This document shows positions 50,825 through 63,725 of a DNA stretch of 64,000 nucleotides, piece by piece. Under the pieces are notes generated by a model. The model did no database searches. It had not been told where the DNA came from and worked only from the letters and a program-made list of their open reading frames with translations. The DNA lies in contig MU058658.1 in the NCBI GenBank assembly GCA_013265495.1, forward strand, positions 433,059 through 497,058. Direction: 5' to 3'. The translations under genes and the position numbers were made by a program. The stretch's first letter is position 1, and each line of letters starts with the position of its first letter. The stretch comes from Vicugna vicugna (Eukaryota).

Positions 50825-53157
50825 CAGACATACCTTGTTTTACTGTGCTTCACAGATACTGTGTTTTTTTGTTATAAATTGAAGGTTTGTGGGAACCCTG
50901 CATTGAGCAAGTTTCTCGGCACCATTTTTCCAACAGCATTTGCTCACTTTGTGTCTCTCTCACATTTTGGTAATCCTCACAGTGTTTCAGACTTTTTCAT
51001 TATAATATTTGTGATGGTGATCCGTGGTCAGCGATCTTTGATGTCACTGTTGCAGTTGTTTTGGAGTGCCACGAACCGCACCCATAAAAGGTGGTGAACT
51101 TTATCGAGAAATGTGTGTGTTCTGACTGCTCCACTAACTGGCTGTTCCCCTGTCTTTCTCCCTCTCCTCGGGCCTCTCTTCCCTGAGACACAAAAGTATT
51201 GAAATTAGATCAATTAATAAGCCTACAGTAACCTCCAGTGTTTAAGTGACAGGAAGAGCCATAGCATGTCTCTCACTTTAAATCAAAAGCTAGATATGAT
51301 TAAGCTTAATGAGGAAGGCATGTCAGAAGCCAAGACAGGCCAAAAGCTAGGCCTCTTGTGCCAAGCAGCCAAGTCAAGAATGCAAAGAAAAAGTTCTTGG
51401 AGGAAATTTAAAATGCTACTGCAGTGAACACATGAATGATAAGATAGTGAAACAGCCTTAGTGCTGATTTGGAGAAAGCTGCAGTGGTCTGGATAGAAGA
51501 TCCAGCCTGCCACAGCAGCCCCTTAAGCCAAAGCTGAATCCAGAGTAAGGTCCTGACTCTCTTCGATTCTGTGAAGGCTGAGAGAGGTGAGGAAGCTACA
51601 GGAGGAAAACTTGAAGCCGGCAGAGGTTCGTTCGTGCCGTGTAAGGAAGGAGGTGGTTTCCATGACATGGAAGTGCAGGTGAAGCCGCAAGTGCTGATGC
51701 AGAAGCTGCGGGAAGTTCTCCAGGAGATCCAGCCAAGACGCCCCGTGAAGGTGCTGCACTGAACAAGAGATTTTCAGTGTAGATGAAACAGCCTTCTGTT
51801 GAAAGAAGATGCCATCTAGGACTTTCATGCCTAAAGAGGAGACGTCAACACCTGACTTCAAAACTTTGAAGGACAGGCTGACTGAGGGGCTGATGCAGCT
51901 GGTGACTTTCAGTTGGAGCCAGTGTTCATTTACCCTCTGAAAATCCTAGGGCCCTAAGAGCTATTGTAAATCTCCTCTGCTGTGCCCTAGAAATGGACCA
52001 CCAACGCCCGGATGACAGCACAGCTGGTTACAACATGGTTTACTGAATATTTCAAGCCCACTGTTGAGACCTACTGCTTCAGAGAAAAAGATTTCTTTCA
52101 AAATGTTGACAATGCAGTTGTTTACCCGAGAACTCTGAATGAAATTTCCAATGAAATTAATGTTCTTATGCCTGTTCACACAGGATTTTTTCTGCTGCCT
52201 GTGGATCAAGTAGCATTTTGACTTTCAAGTCTTAACATTTAAGAAATACATTTTGTAAAGCTAAAGCTTCCATAGATAGTGATTCCTCTGCTGGATCTCA
52301 GCAAAGTCAACTGCAAACCTTCTGGAAAGAACTCAGCATTCTAGGTGCCATTGAGAACATTGTGATTCATGGGGGGAGGTCAAAATGTCAACACTAACAG
52401 CACTTTGGAAAAAGTTGATTCCAACCCTGATGGATGACTTTGAGGGGTTCAAGATCTCAGTGGAAGAAGTAATTGCAGATGTAGTAGAAATAGCAAGAGA
52501 ATTAAAAGGGGAGCCCAAAGATGACTGAATTCCTGCAATCTCGTGATAACATTTTCATGGGTAAGGAGTTGCTTCTTATGGATGAGCAAGGAAAGTGGTT
52601 TCTTGAGGTGGAATCTTCTGGTGAAGATGCCATGAAGATTGCTGAAATGACAAGAGATTTAGAATGTTACCTAAACTTAGTTGACAGCGCAACAACAGGA
52701 TTTGAGAGGATTGACTCCAATTTTGAAGGCAGTTCTCCTGTGCATAAAGTGCTGTTAAGCAGCATTGCACGCTACAGCAAAATCGTTTCTGAAAAGAAGA
52801 GTCAATGAATGAGGCAAACTTCACTGTTGTCTTAAGTTGCCCCAGCCACTCCAGCCTTCAGCAACCACCACACTGATCAGCCAGCAGCCATCAACATCCG
52901 GGCAAGACCCACCACCAGCAAAAAGATTACAGCTTGCTGAAGGCGCAGATGATGGTTAATATTTTTTAGCTGCTTGTATTTTTTAATGAGGGTTTTAAAA
53001 AAAGATATGTGTCATATGCGTAATAAACTACAGTATAGTGTAAACAACATGTACACTGGGGAACCAAAAAAGTTTGTGTGACTCACTTTATTGCATTATT
53101 TGCTTTATTGCGGTGGTCTGGAACCAAGGCTGCAATGGTATGTCTAAGGTATACCTA
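50825..53157 (+). mobile_element. Near full-length Tigger1 DNA transposon with disrupted transposase
   Basis: TA|cagacataccttgttttactgtgcttcacagata...tctcactttaaatcaaaagctagatatgattaagcttaatgaggaaggcatg...gcggtggtctggaacc...aaggtatacct; about 2.3 kb; transposase broken by stops and frameshifts. Confidence 0.92.
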
Positions 53158-54319
53158 TCATTGCAATCAGAATACAAAATGTGTATCTTGTAAGTCTTAA
53201 CCTGTTGGCACCACTAACCTCTTTTTTGTTCTTATTTACCAGTTGAAGTCGTGAGCCGTGTGTTCATTACAGTTTGCTTGTAGATCTGGCTTACTGCACC
53301 CCTCTTACTGTTAACCTGCTGAGTCTTCTGCCAGATTTCCTGTGCAGTGGATACTGACGAGTGGTTGCGGCCTGGTCCCAGCAGGCAGGTGTGTGACAGT
53401 GGCACGTTTATGTATCAGATGTGTGGTGAGGGCACTGTGGCGCCACCTGGAGATACACACATTCTGGGGGGGCTGTGTGACAGGCGTGTGTTACTGGCAC
53501 TTCTCAGCACATCCCTGCAGTGTACGACATGCACTCGGATCACGCGCAATGGATGTGGGATGCCGACACCGTCAACACAGCCGGTCACACACAGGCACAC
53601 ACCACATCCACAGAATAGTAGGTGTGGGATGGACTCGAAACACATACAACCAATGTATGTAAAACACACCAGGGACCTCAGAGAGAAGGGGGGTATTGAC
53701 GCATCATAGTGTATGGGACACACACACCCACAGACTCTTGTCGGAGACTTGTGGGACAGGCACGTAACAGGGATCCCCGAAACCTGCTGTGTGGGGCACA
53801 CATACAGCTGTACAGCCTTGTGGACCAAGTGTGGTGAGGCGTAGACCGCCTGGTGTGGAAAGCAGCTCTTCCCGCTGTGTCGCTGCAGGTCTGACAAGGT
53901 GCTGATGGGGGTCAAGGTGGCAGCACGTCTTGGCAGAAAGGCTCCTGGTGCCTTCACAGCCACGCCTGTTTATTCTAAGGCCCAGACCACAGTCCCCCAA
54001 GGGTGAAGGGGTGATTTTGGAGGGCTCACAGACATGACATCAGATAGCGTCGGTGGGCACACTGAGAAGCTGGTCCTCTCCTCCCTTTCTCTTCCCCTCC
54101 CGGGTATTGTTGGGAGGAAATCTCAGTGTAGCGCTGAGGCTCTAATGCTCACCTCTTGCTCACTTCTCTTTTCCACAGGGCCAGCCATGCTGGGACATAA
54201 TAGCATCATTCTGATTTTATTGTGGGTTTTTTAATTGTCGTGTTTTCATGGTAACGTGATTTATGGCAAGGAAGACTTTTTCTCATTTACCAGAGAGATG
54301 TAACGCATATAGTAATTAT

Positions 54320-56700
54320 TTTTATATTTATTTGCAAATATGTTTTTTCTTTTCAGATTCCTTTCCATTATATTTTATTACATGAAACTGAACACAGTTC
54401 CCTGTGCTATAGAGTAGGTCCTTGTTTATCTGTTTTATATATAGCAGTTTGTATCTGTTAATCCCTCCCTCCTTTTCATGTGGGTAACCGTAAGTTTGTT
54501 TTCTATGTCTGTGAGTCTATTTCTGCTTTGTAAATACATTCATTTTTATCATATTTTAGATTCCACATATAAGTGATATCATACAATATTTATCTTTCTC
54601 TTTCTGACTTACTTCACTTAGTATGATAATCTCTAGGTCCATCCATGTTGCTGTAGATGGCATTATTTCATTCTTTTTATGGCTGAGTAATATTCCAGTC
54701 ATCTGTGAACACACATTTAGGTTGTTTCCATGTCTTGGCCGTTGTCTGTAGTGCTGCTGGGAACACTGGGGTGCAGGTGTCTTTCTTTTTTATAGTCTTG
54801 ACTGTGTCATTTGTTTTCTTTTTTATTTATGTATTTATTTTACAATATCATATTTTTAAAAATTGAAGTATAGTTAATGTACAACATTATGTTACAGGTA
54901 CACAATATAGTGATTCACAATTTTTAAAGGTTATACTCCATTTATAGTTATTACTCCCCAAGCTGCACATTACACCCTTGTAGCTTATTTTATTCCTGAT
55001 AGTTTGTACCTCTTAATCCTCCACTTGCATCTTGTTCTTCCTCCTCCCCTGTCACCACTGGTCACCACTAGTTCCTTTTCTACATCTGTGAGTCTGTTTC
55101 TTTTGTGTTAGAGTGACTAGCTTGCTGTATTTTTTTAGATTCCATATGTAAGTGATATCTTACGGTATCTGTCTTTCTCTGACTTACTTCACTTTACATA
55201 ATGCCCTCCAAGTCCATCCATGTTGTATACCAGAAAGTAATACAACATTTTAAATTAACTGTACTTCAATTAAAAATCAAGCAAACAACCAACCAACCCA
55301 TTTAAATATATGGGCAAAAGAACTGAACAGACTTTTTTTCCAAAAGAGGAAATGCAGATGGCCAACAGAAACTTGAAAAGTTGCTCAACATCACTAACGT
55401 CAGGAAAATGCAAATGAAAAGCACAATGAGACATCATCTCACAACTGTCAGAATGGCCATCATCAAAAAGAACACAAATAACAAACGCTGGAAGGATGTG
55501 GAGAACAGGGAACCCATGTGCACTGTTGGTGAGAATGCAAGTTGGTGCAGCCACTGTGGAGAACAACATGGAGAGTCTGAAAAAGCTAAAAACTGAACCA
55601 CCATATGTCCCAGCAATTCCACTCCTGGGCATATATCCAAGAAAAACAAAAGCATTAATTCAAAAAGATACATACACCCCACTATTTACAACAACAGTAT
55701 TTATAATTGCCAAGATATAGAAGCATCCTAAGTGCACATCACTAGATGAATAAAGAAAATGTAGTGTGTGTGTGTGTGTATATATATATAATATATATAT
55801 ATAATGGAATACAACTCACCCATAAGAAAGAAGGATATTTTTCCGTTTGCAGCTGTTCATTCACTTTTTTTTTTCAGTTCAAAAACCAGTATTTTATAAC
55901 TGGCATAAACATTTCTATTGCATCAAAACCCACAAAATGCCTGGAAATAAACAACTAAGGAGGTTATCTATACTCTGAAGACTGTAAAACACTGATGAAG
56001 GAAACTGCAGATGATGCAAAGAAATGGAAAGAGATCTTGTGCTCTTGGATTAGAAGAATCAACACTATCAAAATGGCCATACTACCCAAAGCAATCCACA
56101 GATCCGGTGCAACCCTTGTCAAAAGACTCACGATGTTTTTCACAGAATAGAATAAACAATTCCAAATTTGTATGGAACCATAAAAGACCCCAAATTGCCA
56201 AGCAATATTTTGTAGGTCTTTTTTTTTTTTTTACTTTCTTTTTGTTCTCTACAGTTTGGTGACTAGAGAAGTTCCTTTAACATTTGTTGTGAAGCTGATT
56301 TCATGGTGCTGAATTCTTTTAGCTTTTGTTTTCTGTGAAGCTTTTGATTTCTCCATCAAGCTGAGTGAGAGCCTTGCTGGATAGAGTATTCCTGGTTGTA
56401 AGTTTCCCCCTTGCATCACTTTAACTATATCGTGCCACTCCCTTCTGGCCTGTAGAGTTTCTGCTGAAAAATCAGCTGATTACCTTATGGGAGTTCCCTC
56501 GTGTGTTATTTGTTGCTTTTCTCTTGCTAGTTTTAATATTTTCTCCTTATGCTTAGTATTTGTCACTTTGATGACTGTGTGCCTCAGTGTGCTCCTCTCT
56601 GGGTTGATCCCATGTGGCTCTCTCTGTGCTTCCGGGACTTGGGTGACTGTTCCCTTTCTCACACTGGGGAAGTTTTCAGTATCAGTGTTTTCCTTTATTA
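54320..56700. mobile_element. Patchwork of L1 fragments in both orientations (3'UTRs, ORF2 pieces, ORF1 remnant at about 56240-56690 on -)
   Basis: Peptides QVPEAQREPHGINPERSTLRHTVIKVTNTKHKEKILKLAREKQQITHEGTPIR (ORF1) and [32 protein letters not shown] (ORF2). Confidence 0.9.
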
Positions 56701-57166
56701 AGGTGGAGGGAAAAACCTGTTTTCCCTGACTCTTTACAGTGAGTTTGTATAGATTCGCAGTATCTGCTAAGCCAATATACTGTTGGCAGAGATGGGGAAG
56801 GAGACACGTATGTCCTGTCAAATATCCTTAAGACACGCATGCCAATCCCAAATCAGAATGCTTAAGAAAAAGTGCCTTCCTTTCATTTGAATGGAGTTCA
56901 GACTGTGAGGAAAGTACCCCATTCCGCTGTGCCCCTAGTGAGAGGTGAGCACTGCAGAGTAGAAATGAGAGCACCTTTTTCGTTTGGCACCTGCTGTGGC
57001 ACAATTACAAGTAATTTAGGGTCAGGCTCAGTCCATCTTGTTCCTGATTCTGTCCACAGTCTGACTTGGCCATAGTAAGTGCTTAATATAATGGAGCAAA
57101 GGGTGACTATATAAGTGGACAGTATTCAGAAACATACATTCTAACATTTATAGTGATCTGACCAGT

Positions 57167-58096
57167 TTATGGAAATAGTTTATTTTGTGCAGCACGCAAA
57201 AAAAAAAACAGTCTAGACACCCAGGGGTCTGTGCTGATGAGCACAAAGGGCCTGAGGGCGGGGAAGTACGCGGCCATGAGGGTGTTGGCACTCACCAGCC
57301 ACTGGCCGCGCTCGTCAGAGCACGCTATGTAGAAGGTGAAGAACGAGGACAAGGAGCTGAAGAAGAAGAACGTGCTCACCACGGTGAGGATGCTTTGGGT
57401 GGCTCTGGTCTCAGCTGAGCGTGTGGGAGGGAGCTTTGTGCTGTGAATGTGTAGAACAGTCTGCTTGTGTCTGTACAAGATGGACATCATGGAGCTGCTG
57501 CCCCAAAACATGAGCCCCAAAGTCAACACATCAATGGAAGAAAATACTGCTAAATGCAATAAAGATATGTTTCTGTCAATACCTGTGCCAGAACAGTACC
57601 CCAGATCCATTCTCCTTGTGTGGTTTTGGCGTTCGCTCATGTCAGTGATATGCAGAGGAACAATACCATGTACCAGCATGCAAAGGGTCCAGCAGATGAT
57701 AACACAAAACCTAATGTACTTGGGGGTTTTGGCCTTGAGCTTCATCCACTGGTGTCGGCTGGGGCTGACTGTGATGGCCTGGAAGCCACTCAAGATACAG
57801 GTAGTGCCAAGAGACACTCCTCTGGCCACTCTGTGAAGATAGAAAATTAGTTTGCACCCTAAATCATCCAGAAAGAACTTCATCCCCAAAGCTACCAGTG
57901 TCTGAGGAGTTCCTCTAGAGAGAAGTGTTAAACAGTTGGCCACAAACAGGTTCTTGAGAATCAGATCCACATGCCTCAACTTCCCCTCAGTGCAGTAAAT
58001 GAAGGCATAGCGACTGAGGAGCCAGACGTTACCTAAGATCCCAGCTCCAGTCAGAGAGACCAGGATGAGTCCTACTGTCAGGCTCCTGGATGGCAT
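57167..58096 (-). CDS. Intact vomeronasal type-1 receptor (V1R/VN1R family GPCR), 309 aa, single coding exon
   Basis: Seven hydrophobic segments with V1R motifs GILGN, LLSRGTPQT, DDLGCKLIFYLHRVARGVSLGTTCILSGFQAITVSP, LGYCS, LYRHKQTVLHIH, SAETRATQSIL; 5'UTR acceptor tttctttctag at 58138. Confidence 0.95.
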   Translation of the reverse strand: MPSRSLTVGLILVSLTGAGILGNVWLLSRYAFIYCTEGKLRHVDLILKNLFVANCLTLLSRGTPQTLVALGMKFFLDDLGCKLIFYLHRVARGVSLGTTCILSGFQAITVSPSRHQWMKLKAKTPKYIRFCVIICWTLCMLVHGIVPLHITDMSERQNHTRRMDLGYCSGTGIDRNISLLHLAVFSSIDVLTLGLMFWGSSSMMSILYRHKQTVLHIHSTKLPPTRSAETRATQSILTVVSTFFFFSSLSSFFTFYIACSDERGQWLVSANTLMAAYFPALRPFVLISTDPWVSRLFFFLRAAQNKLFP

Positions 58097-59838
58097 TCAG
58101 TCATGAGGACAGCAAGTGTGTCTGGGGACAGTGGACCCTAGAAAGAAACGCCAGTCGTGTATTTTATCGAGGTAAGTTAAGTCCATTGCTTAGCACTAAT
58201 CATTTTCCCCCCTCAGAAATGCCTGGTACAAAAATACACCCTTTAATTTTAGAAGATTGAATTTGAATACTTGTTGTTAGGGTAATATACACATATTTGT
58301 ATTCATATAACATGAGTTGCTTAGGTTTCCTGCTAGTTCACATCCATATTTATCTTGGCCTTGTATACCATTTTCTGTTCTATTTGTGTTACAGTATCTT
58401 TCTGCACAGCGCTTTGGTCAGACGTCCTTTTGCTGATTAAGTAATCATTCCATAGGGCAGTCTTCTATTTGCATGAAAGTGCAGGAATCCAAATTAGAAT
58501 ACAGATGAACTGTCTCATAGTAGTCTGGTACCCGAATGAGTCAGCACAAACAAACTGGATTAGTCAATATAATTTCCTTTCTATACAAGGATGGTGAGGT
58601 CACACATTTACTCCCGCTTCACTCAGGTACAACTGTACAATGGCCACTGTCACAGAAAATACTCAGAAACATTAAGATCTCCCCTAAGCAACAGGGCATG
58701 CAAGTTAAAGTGTAATATACTGTAAAGCAAAAACATGAAATGATTTCATTTGTAGACAATATAATTAACTCCTTTTTGTATGTAGAGATTAATTCAGAAT
58801 TTACTAGAATTAATGACACCCCAATATAAGTAAAATAGATACAAAATCAAGGTTTTACATACTTCAGCATCAGCTAATATAAAACATTAAAAGTACTTAT
58901 TTTATACCATCCTTCTATCTCCATAAAAGCCTTGAACAATGAAGACAAGAAAAGTGCATCACCTGAATAGTCGTAAGTTAATGTTAAAGGCATTAGTAGA
59001 ACCCGTAAATAGAGACCCAGATCAGCCCCTGACATGATCACTGGGAGGAGGTCCAGTGTTACACAGTGAGTCTCGAATATTACAGTTCCTCATGCGGACC
59101 AAGCTCTTTCTGAGTTGTTACACTTGAAATTACTTAAAGGATAATTAGACCAGCAACTGTGACACCTACCAGCATACACCTCTCCCTTTCCTCTGCTCCA
59201 GAGACAGAGAGGGAGAGAGGACAAATTCAACTCTTCATCAACAGAGCGAGGAAAGGGATTCTGGAAGGAATGGAAAGCTCCGGGTGAGGAAACGGTAAAG
59301 GCAGAATGTGAATAAACACACCACAGAGGGAGATTAGAAACCACCCATGAGAAGCAGAGAACAGATGAGAAGTGCTAGAACTGTTTGCTGAAGACACTGC
59401 ATGCTTTTGCTCTCTGAAACTTGCATTCAAGAAGTGACCTTTGCCTTGAAGACTTTTCCTTTCTCAAGAAAATTTGTTTTTAACCAAAAATTAGAGAATT
59501 GTTCACAGAGAAGCTCTCACTGTCTCCTTGAATGACATTGGGGGCTTAGAGAAATCAGCGTGCACACACTAACAGTTGTCATTTGAGTGCGTAGTGGCTG
59601 CTCACGGTCTGAGAACTCACTAAAGCTCTCACCACCCCACGTCACACACACGGCGATGACAGCGGTGTGACTCTTACTGACCCTGACAGCAGAGGCTGCA
59701 ATTCTAACTGCAGAACTGTCATCCGAAGGAACCAGAAAGCCAGATCCCTGCCCTGGCTTGTCCCACACCGACAAGCAGTAACACTGATGGTCACACCACC
59801 TGAAATCGGAGGAGGCAGAGAGGACGTGGAGTTGCTTA

Positions 59839-60218
59839 CCTGCGGGCTCTCTTCGGAATATCCCTCCTGTTTGTGTGGAGGCTTGTGTCCGTACCGGTCC
59901 CAGCGCTGGCATGCTGAGTTACTTTTCCAGATGGTAAACCTTGCTTGTTACCCCAGGACAGAGCCTTGTTCTTCTGAGCCTGTGTCTCTTGGACTGGTTT
60001 ATAGGGAGTCATCCAAAATGTTTTTCTTTTGTCAGGAGGCTGGACCAGTGGTGACAGTAAAAAACAATCAGAGGATGGGTGGTGGGAGACAGCAGAGCCC
60101 CAAGACACAATTTGCAATTCTCTGACCTCGCCTCCCTGCAGAGCTGTGATTATCCCGTCGCCTGGTGGGGTGACGACAGCGCCTGCCAGGGGAGTTGAAA
60201 ATAACTCTGGGAAACGTG
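59839..60218 (-). promoter_or_regulatory. Candidate promoter (copy C, 60147-60218) and 5'UTR exon of the intact V1R
   Basis: Reverse complement is 49/72 identical, ungapped, to 18728-18799 including TAATCA; nearest strong donor is CAG|GTAAGC at 59839. Confidence 0.6.
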
Positions 60219-60779
60219 CGTCACTTCTGCCAATTAGCAGAAACAACCGCTAGTGATTGGAAGGCTCTCCCAAGGAGCCGTGAGAAACGTTAGTGAGGGA
60301 AACTTGCCTGTGACCCGTGGACGCTGCAGTGTCTCTGTCAAGTGGAGACGAGCAGAAAGGTAGTGAGGTCTGGGTGATGGGACGCCACAGACCAAGGAGA
60401 CGATGTCAGTGGATTGCGTGCTTCTGTGATGAGGCTTCTCCCAAGTTTATTAACCCACGGTGCTTCAGATCCCAGAGAAGTATCCCTCACGATGTGGGCA
60501 GAGAAACAGCATCTTACAAAAGGATCAGGAAACGAGCTATTGACAGGTGGTTTCCTGTTAGTAAGGGGAGAGGACAGAATCAATTTCAAGAAAAGGAAGA
60601 GCCTAAACGCATTAAAAGATCCTAGAGGATGACTTTTAAACGGCTTGGAAGTGCCCATTGCATTCAGTGCCCCTAAACTTAAAAAAAGTTGTTTGTTAAA
60701 CTTCAGGGGGAGGTTTAGGTTTATTGACTTACTAGTGGAGGTGCTGGGGATTGAACCCGGGGCCGCATGCATGCTAAGC

Positions 60780-61620
60780 AGGCGCTCTGCCGCTGAGGTG
60801 TCCGTCCCCCACCCCCGCCTCGTACGCTTTGTTGACCCTGCTCGGGGTATTTCCCAAGCAACCGCCGGCGGCGCGCGCAGGCGTGCGGGGACGGCGCGGA
60901 TTACTGCTTCCGGCTGTGAAAGGAGACGACGTTAACGTCTGCGTCTCCGCCGCCGACTAACTGAAGTGCGCAACAGGTGGAGAGAAGAACGGTCAAGAGT
61001 GAACTCCCGAGCTTCCGATGTATGAGACAGAAAACGGCGGTCCTTTGGTTAAGACCCTGGAAAGCTTCGCAGTTTTCTGAGAAAAGGCAAAATCCTCGCA
61101 GCGTCCAGGGAGCCTGGCGGGACCCGGCCCCACGTTGCCTCTGACGCGCTCCTTGTCGGCCCCCGAGCCAGGGCTCCGGCTGCCCCGCCCCCGGGTCCTC
61201 TGCCGGGGCTCGTCTCCCCGGCCGCTCGCACGGCGCCCTCCCCGGCCCCGCTCTGCTCTGTCCCCGCCTGGGTTGCTGCCCGTTGTCTCCGTGATCTTCC
61301 TCGTGCGCGGAGGCTGATGGTGACCCGCTAGGTGCCGTGCGTGGCTTTGCTGAGTGAAGATTTCTCCACTTTCCCCCGGGTCGCGTCGAACGCTCTGGCA
61401 GTTCCTTTCCGTCTTTTCCCGTTTCGTTTCCTCTTCAAGGCTGTTACGGTACTTGGCTCTCGGAAACAACACATAAACATGGTTGGGAGACAAAACCCCC
61501 GGTTGGCCGGAGACAGAGCCCCGCCCTGTCCTCCGCTTCCGTCCTCACTTCCTAGGCGCTCTGGCTCCTCCCACGTGTTATTTCCGTCCGGTCCTGTTCA
61601 GGGGTCGCGGGGTGCCTTGC
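60780..61620. promoter_or_regulatory. CpG island, probable promoter of the next gene (coding exons not identified in the window)
   Basis: Dense CpG, GC boxes, ETS-type CTTCCGG near 60907. Confidence 0.7.
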
Positions 61621-63339
61621 CCAGCCCCTCCTGCCTCCTCTCTCTGGGTGGATTACTTAGTCACCGTCAATAGCAGTCCGTCATTTAAAGACTTTGAGAA
61701 GGCTTTTCTCTCAGGTAGTCTCAAGTCCTTTTAGAGAGATGCTGGCTGCACTGACATCAAATAAGAATCACCTCCAAGCAAGGAGGTGACCTCATAGTGG
61801 CCCGAACCTTTATCTTAGGGATAAAATGCCCCCTTTCCCTATGTATTCTGTGACCATGATAGCCCCTGTCCCCATAGGGAATGTAATTTGGCAGTGGACC
61901 TTCTTTCTAGGCAAAACAACAGATTTTAAGGCAAGTAGAATATTCCTTGGGCAACCTAATTAATGCTGTGTGGAAATTTCATTATTTCTTTCTCCTTGGG
62001 TTGCGACATGAGCCCTGATAATACAGGTAGGAGGCATATTTTCGGAGGATTCCTGAAATAGTCAGTCCTTCTCACCTTCCTGATCCAGGAATGCCTGATT
62101 GCTAACCTCTGTCTTCTTTGAAGTCTTCTTCCTGATGTAAATACACTGCTCATGAGACAGAGAAGGGCATGCTCAGCTCTTAACTACTGAGTATACACCT
62201 ACTGTCTGATGGCAGCTTAGGATTCACAGTGTGCCAGTGTGTTGTAAATGAAGGAGGAAGTCCCTTTTGCTGGGATTTTAAGGATCATCCCAACAGGGCT
62301 GCAGAAATTACACTTGCAGAAGCATGTGAAATTAAAGGATTTACTATACTCCTATGTCCTACTGATCGAGAGCACCGCACCCCACTCAAGATGCCCAAGG
62401 ATTGTTGTCAACCAAGCAGATGGGGAGCCCAGAGAGAGAGTGAGGGCCCCCGGCAAGTGGCTTTATTGGGCATGGAGGAGGGGAATCCAGAGGCAAAAGG
62501 CCTAGCGGTTGCACTGGAGTGTTTGCATGTCCCTGGGCCATGGTCAGGGAAGGGCAGGAAAAGGAACTTGTGACAGGGACCCGCCTTATCACACTGGTGC
62601 ACCTCATCTGGGCCGAGTGCTCCCAGCTTGCTGGTGGGGACATCGACACATCAGAGAAGTTTGAAGTTTAGGGGATTTACAAAGCAATCCAACCTGTGAC
62701 ACCTCAGCATCGTTAACAACATTGATTGGGAGGGACACCACTGGTCACCTGGGTTGTAGAGATGTTAAAGGTGAGTGGGACGGCTTGACTTCGCCACTCT
62801 AGGTAAACTTTGATAAGGGTGACAACAAGGAAATGTCTTGTGAGCACATGATAAGAGTTTGGAACTCAGTGGATGAAGAACTGCGGGACTCCTCCGGGCA
62901 CCCACTGCACATGGGGCTGTGGTTTCACCAGGGAAGAACTAGGGGGGTGTCAGCAAAGAAAAATATGCAAGGTGCTGTGAGTTTGGGCCACAATGGAAGC
63001 CAAAGATGCCACTACTTAGAGTGCAATGTGCCCATGAGCATGTGGTGGTGTGTTTATCCAAAGGGAAAGGGTGGCTGTGGTGGTCATGGTTGGAGATTGT
63101 GGTGAAAGCTGGGGGGGTCATAGGAAAAGACATTGGGAAGTGGGCGATCCTCTCCCTAGGGGGCCAAGGGGTTGACCGATAAGAGGCAGATCCTTCCTGG
63201 AGGAAACAGTAATTGCCATTAATTTTTGGAATGGCACAGATAGTGGCAGCCTCCACCAGATTAAGGCATGGGAGTGTAGGGGCGGATATTTTAGCAGAGA
63301 GTAAGGAATATTCCAGGGTCAAAGGCTAAATAAGCTTTT

Positions 63340-63725
63340 TTTAAAAAAAAAATTTTATTGGAGTGTAATTGATTTACAGTGTTAGTTTCAAGGGCACAGC
63401 AAGGTGATTCGGTTACACATACACATACATATATGCTTTTTCTTTTTAGATGCTTTTCCATTATATGTTACTACAAGAAATTGAATCTAGTTCCCTGTGC
63501 TGTACAGTCGGTCTTGTTTATCTGTTTTATATACAGTAGTGTGTGTCTGTTAATCCCCAACCCCTAATTTATCCCTCCTCACCCTTTCCCCTTTGGTGAC
63601 TATAGTTTGTTTTCTGTGTCCATGAGTCTGCTTTTGGTTTGTAAATAGAATTCGTATCATTTTTTTTTAGATTTCACATATAAATGATATCATATGATAT
63701 TCGCCTTTTTCTGTCTGACTTACTA
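63340..63725 (-). mobile_element. L1 3'UTR fragment
   Basis: ttttattggagtgtaattgatttacagtgttag...gttccctgtgctgtacag...gatttcacatataaatgatatcatatg. Confidence 0.85.

Noticed and set aside
51200..52810. Possible domesticated TIGD1-like transposase gene
   Set aside because: The Tigger1 ORF is broken by multiple stops and frameshifts.
60706..60810. CpG-rich SINE copy at the island edge as a sign of exaptation
   Set aside because: The copy near 36510-36586, outside any island, has a similar number of CpGs, so the signal is not specific.
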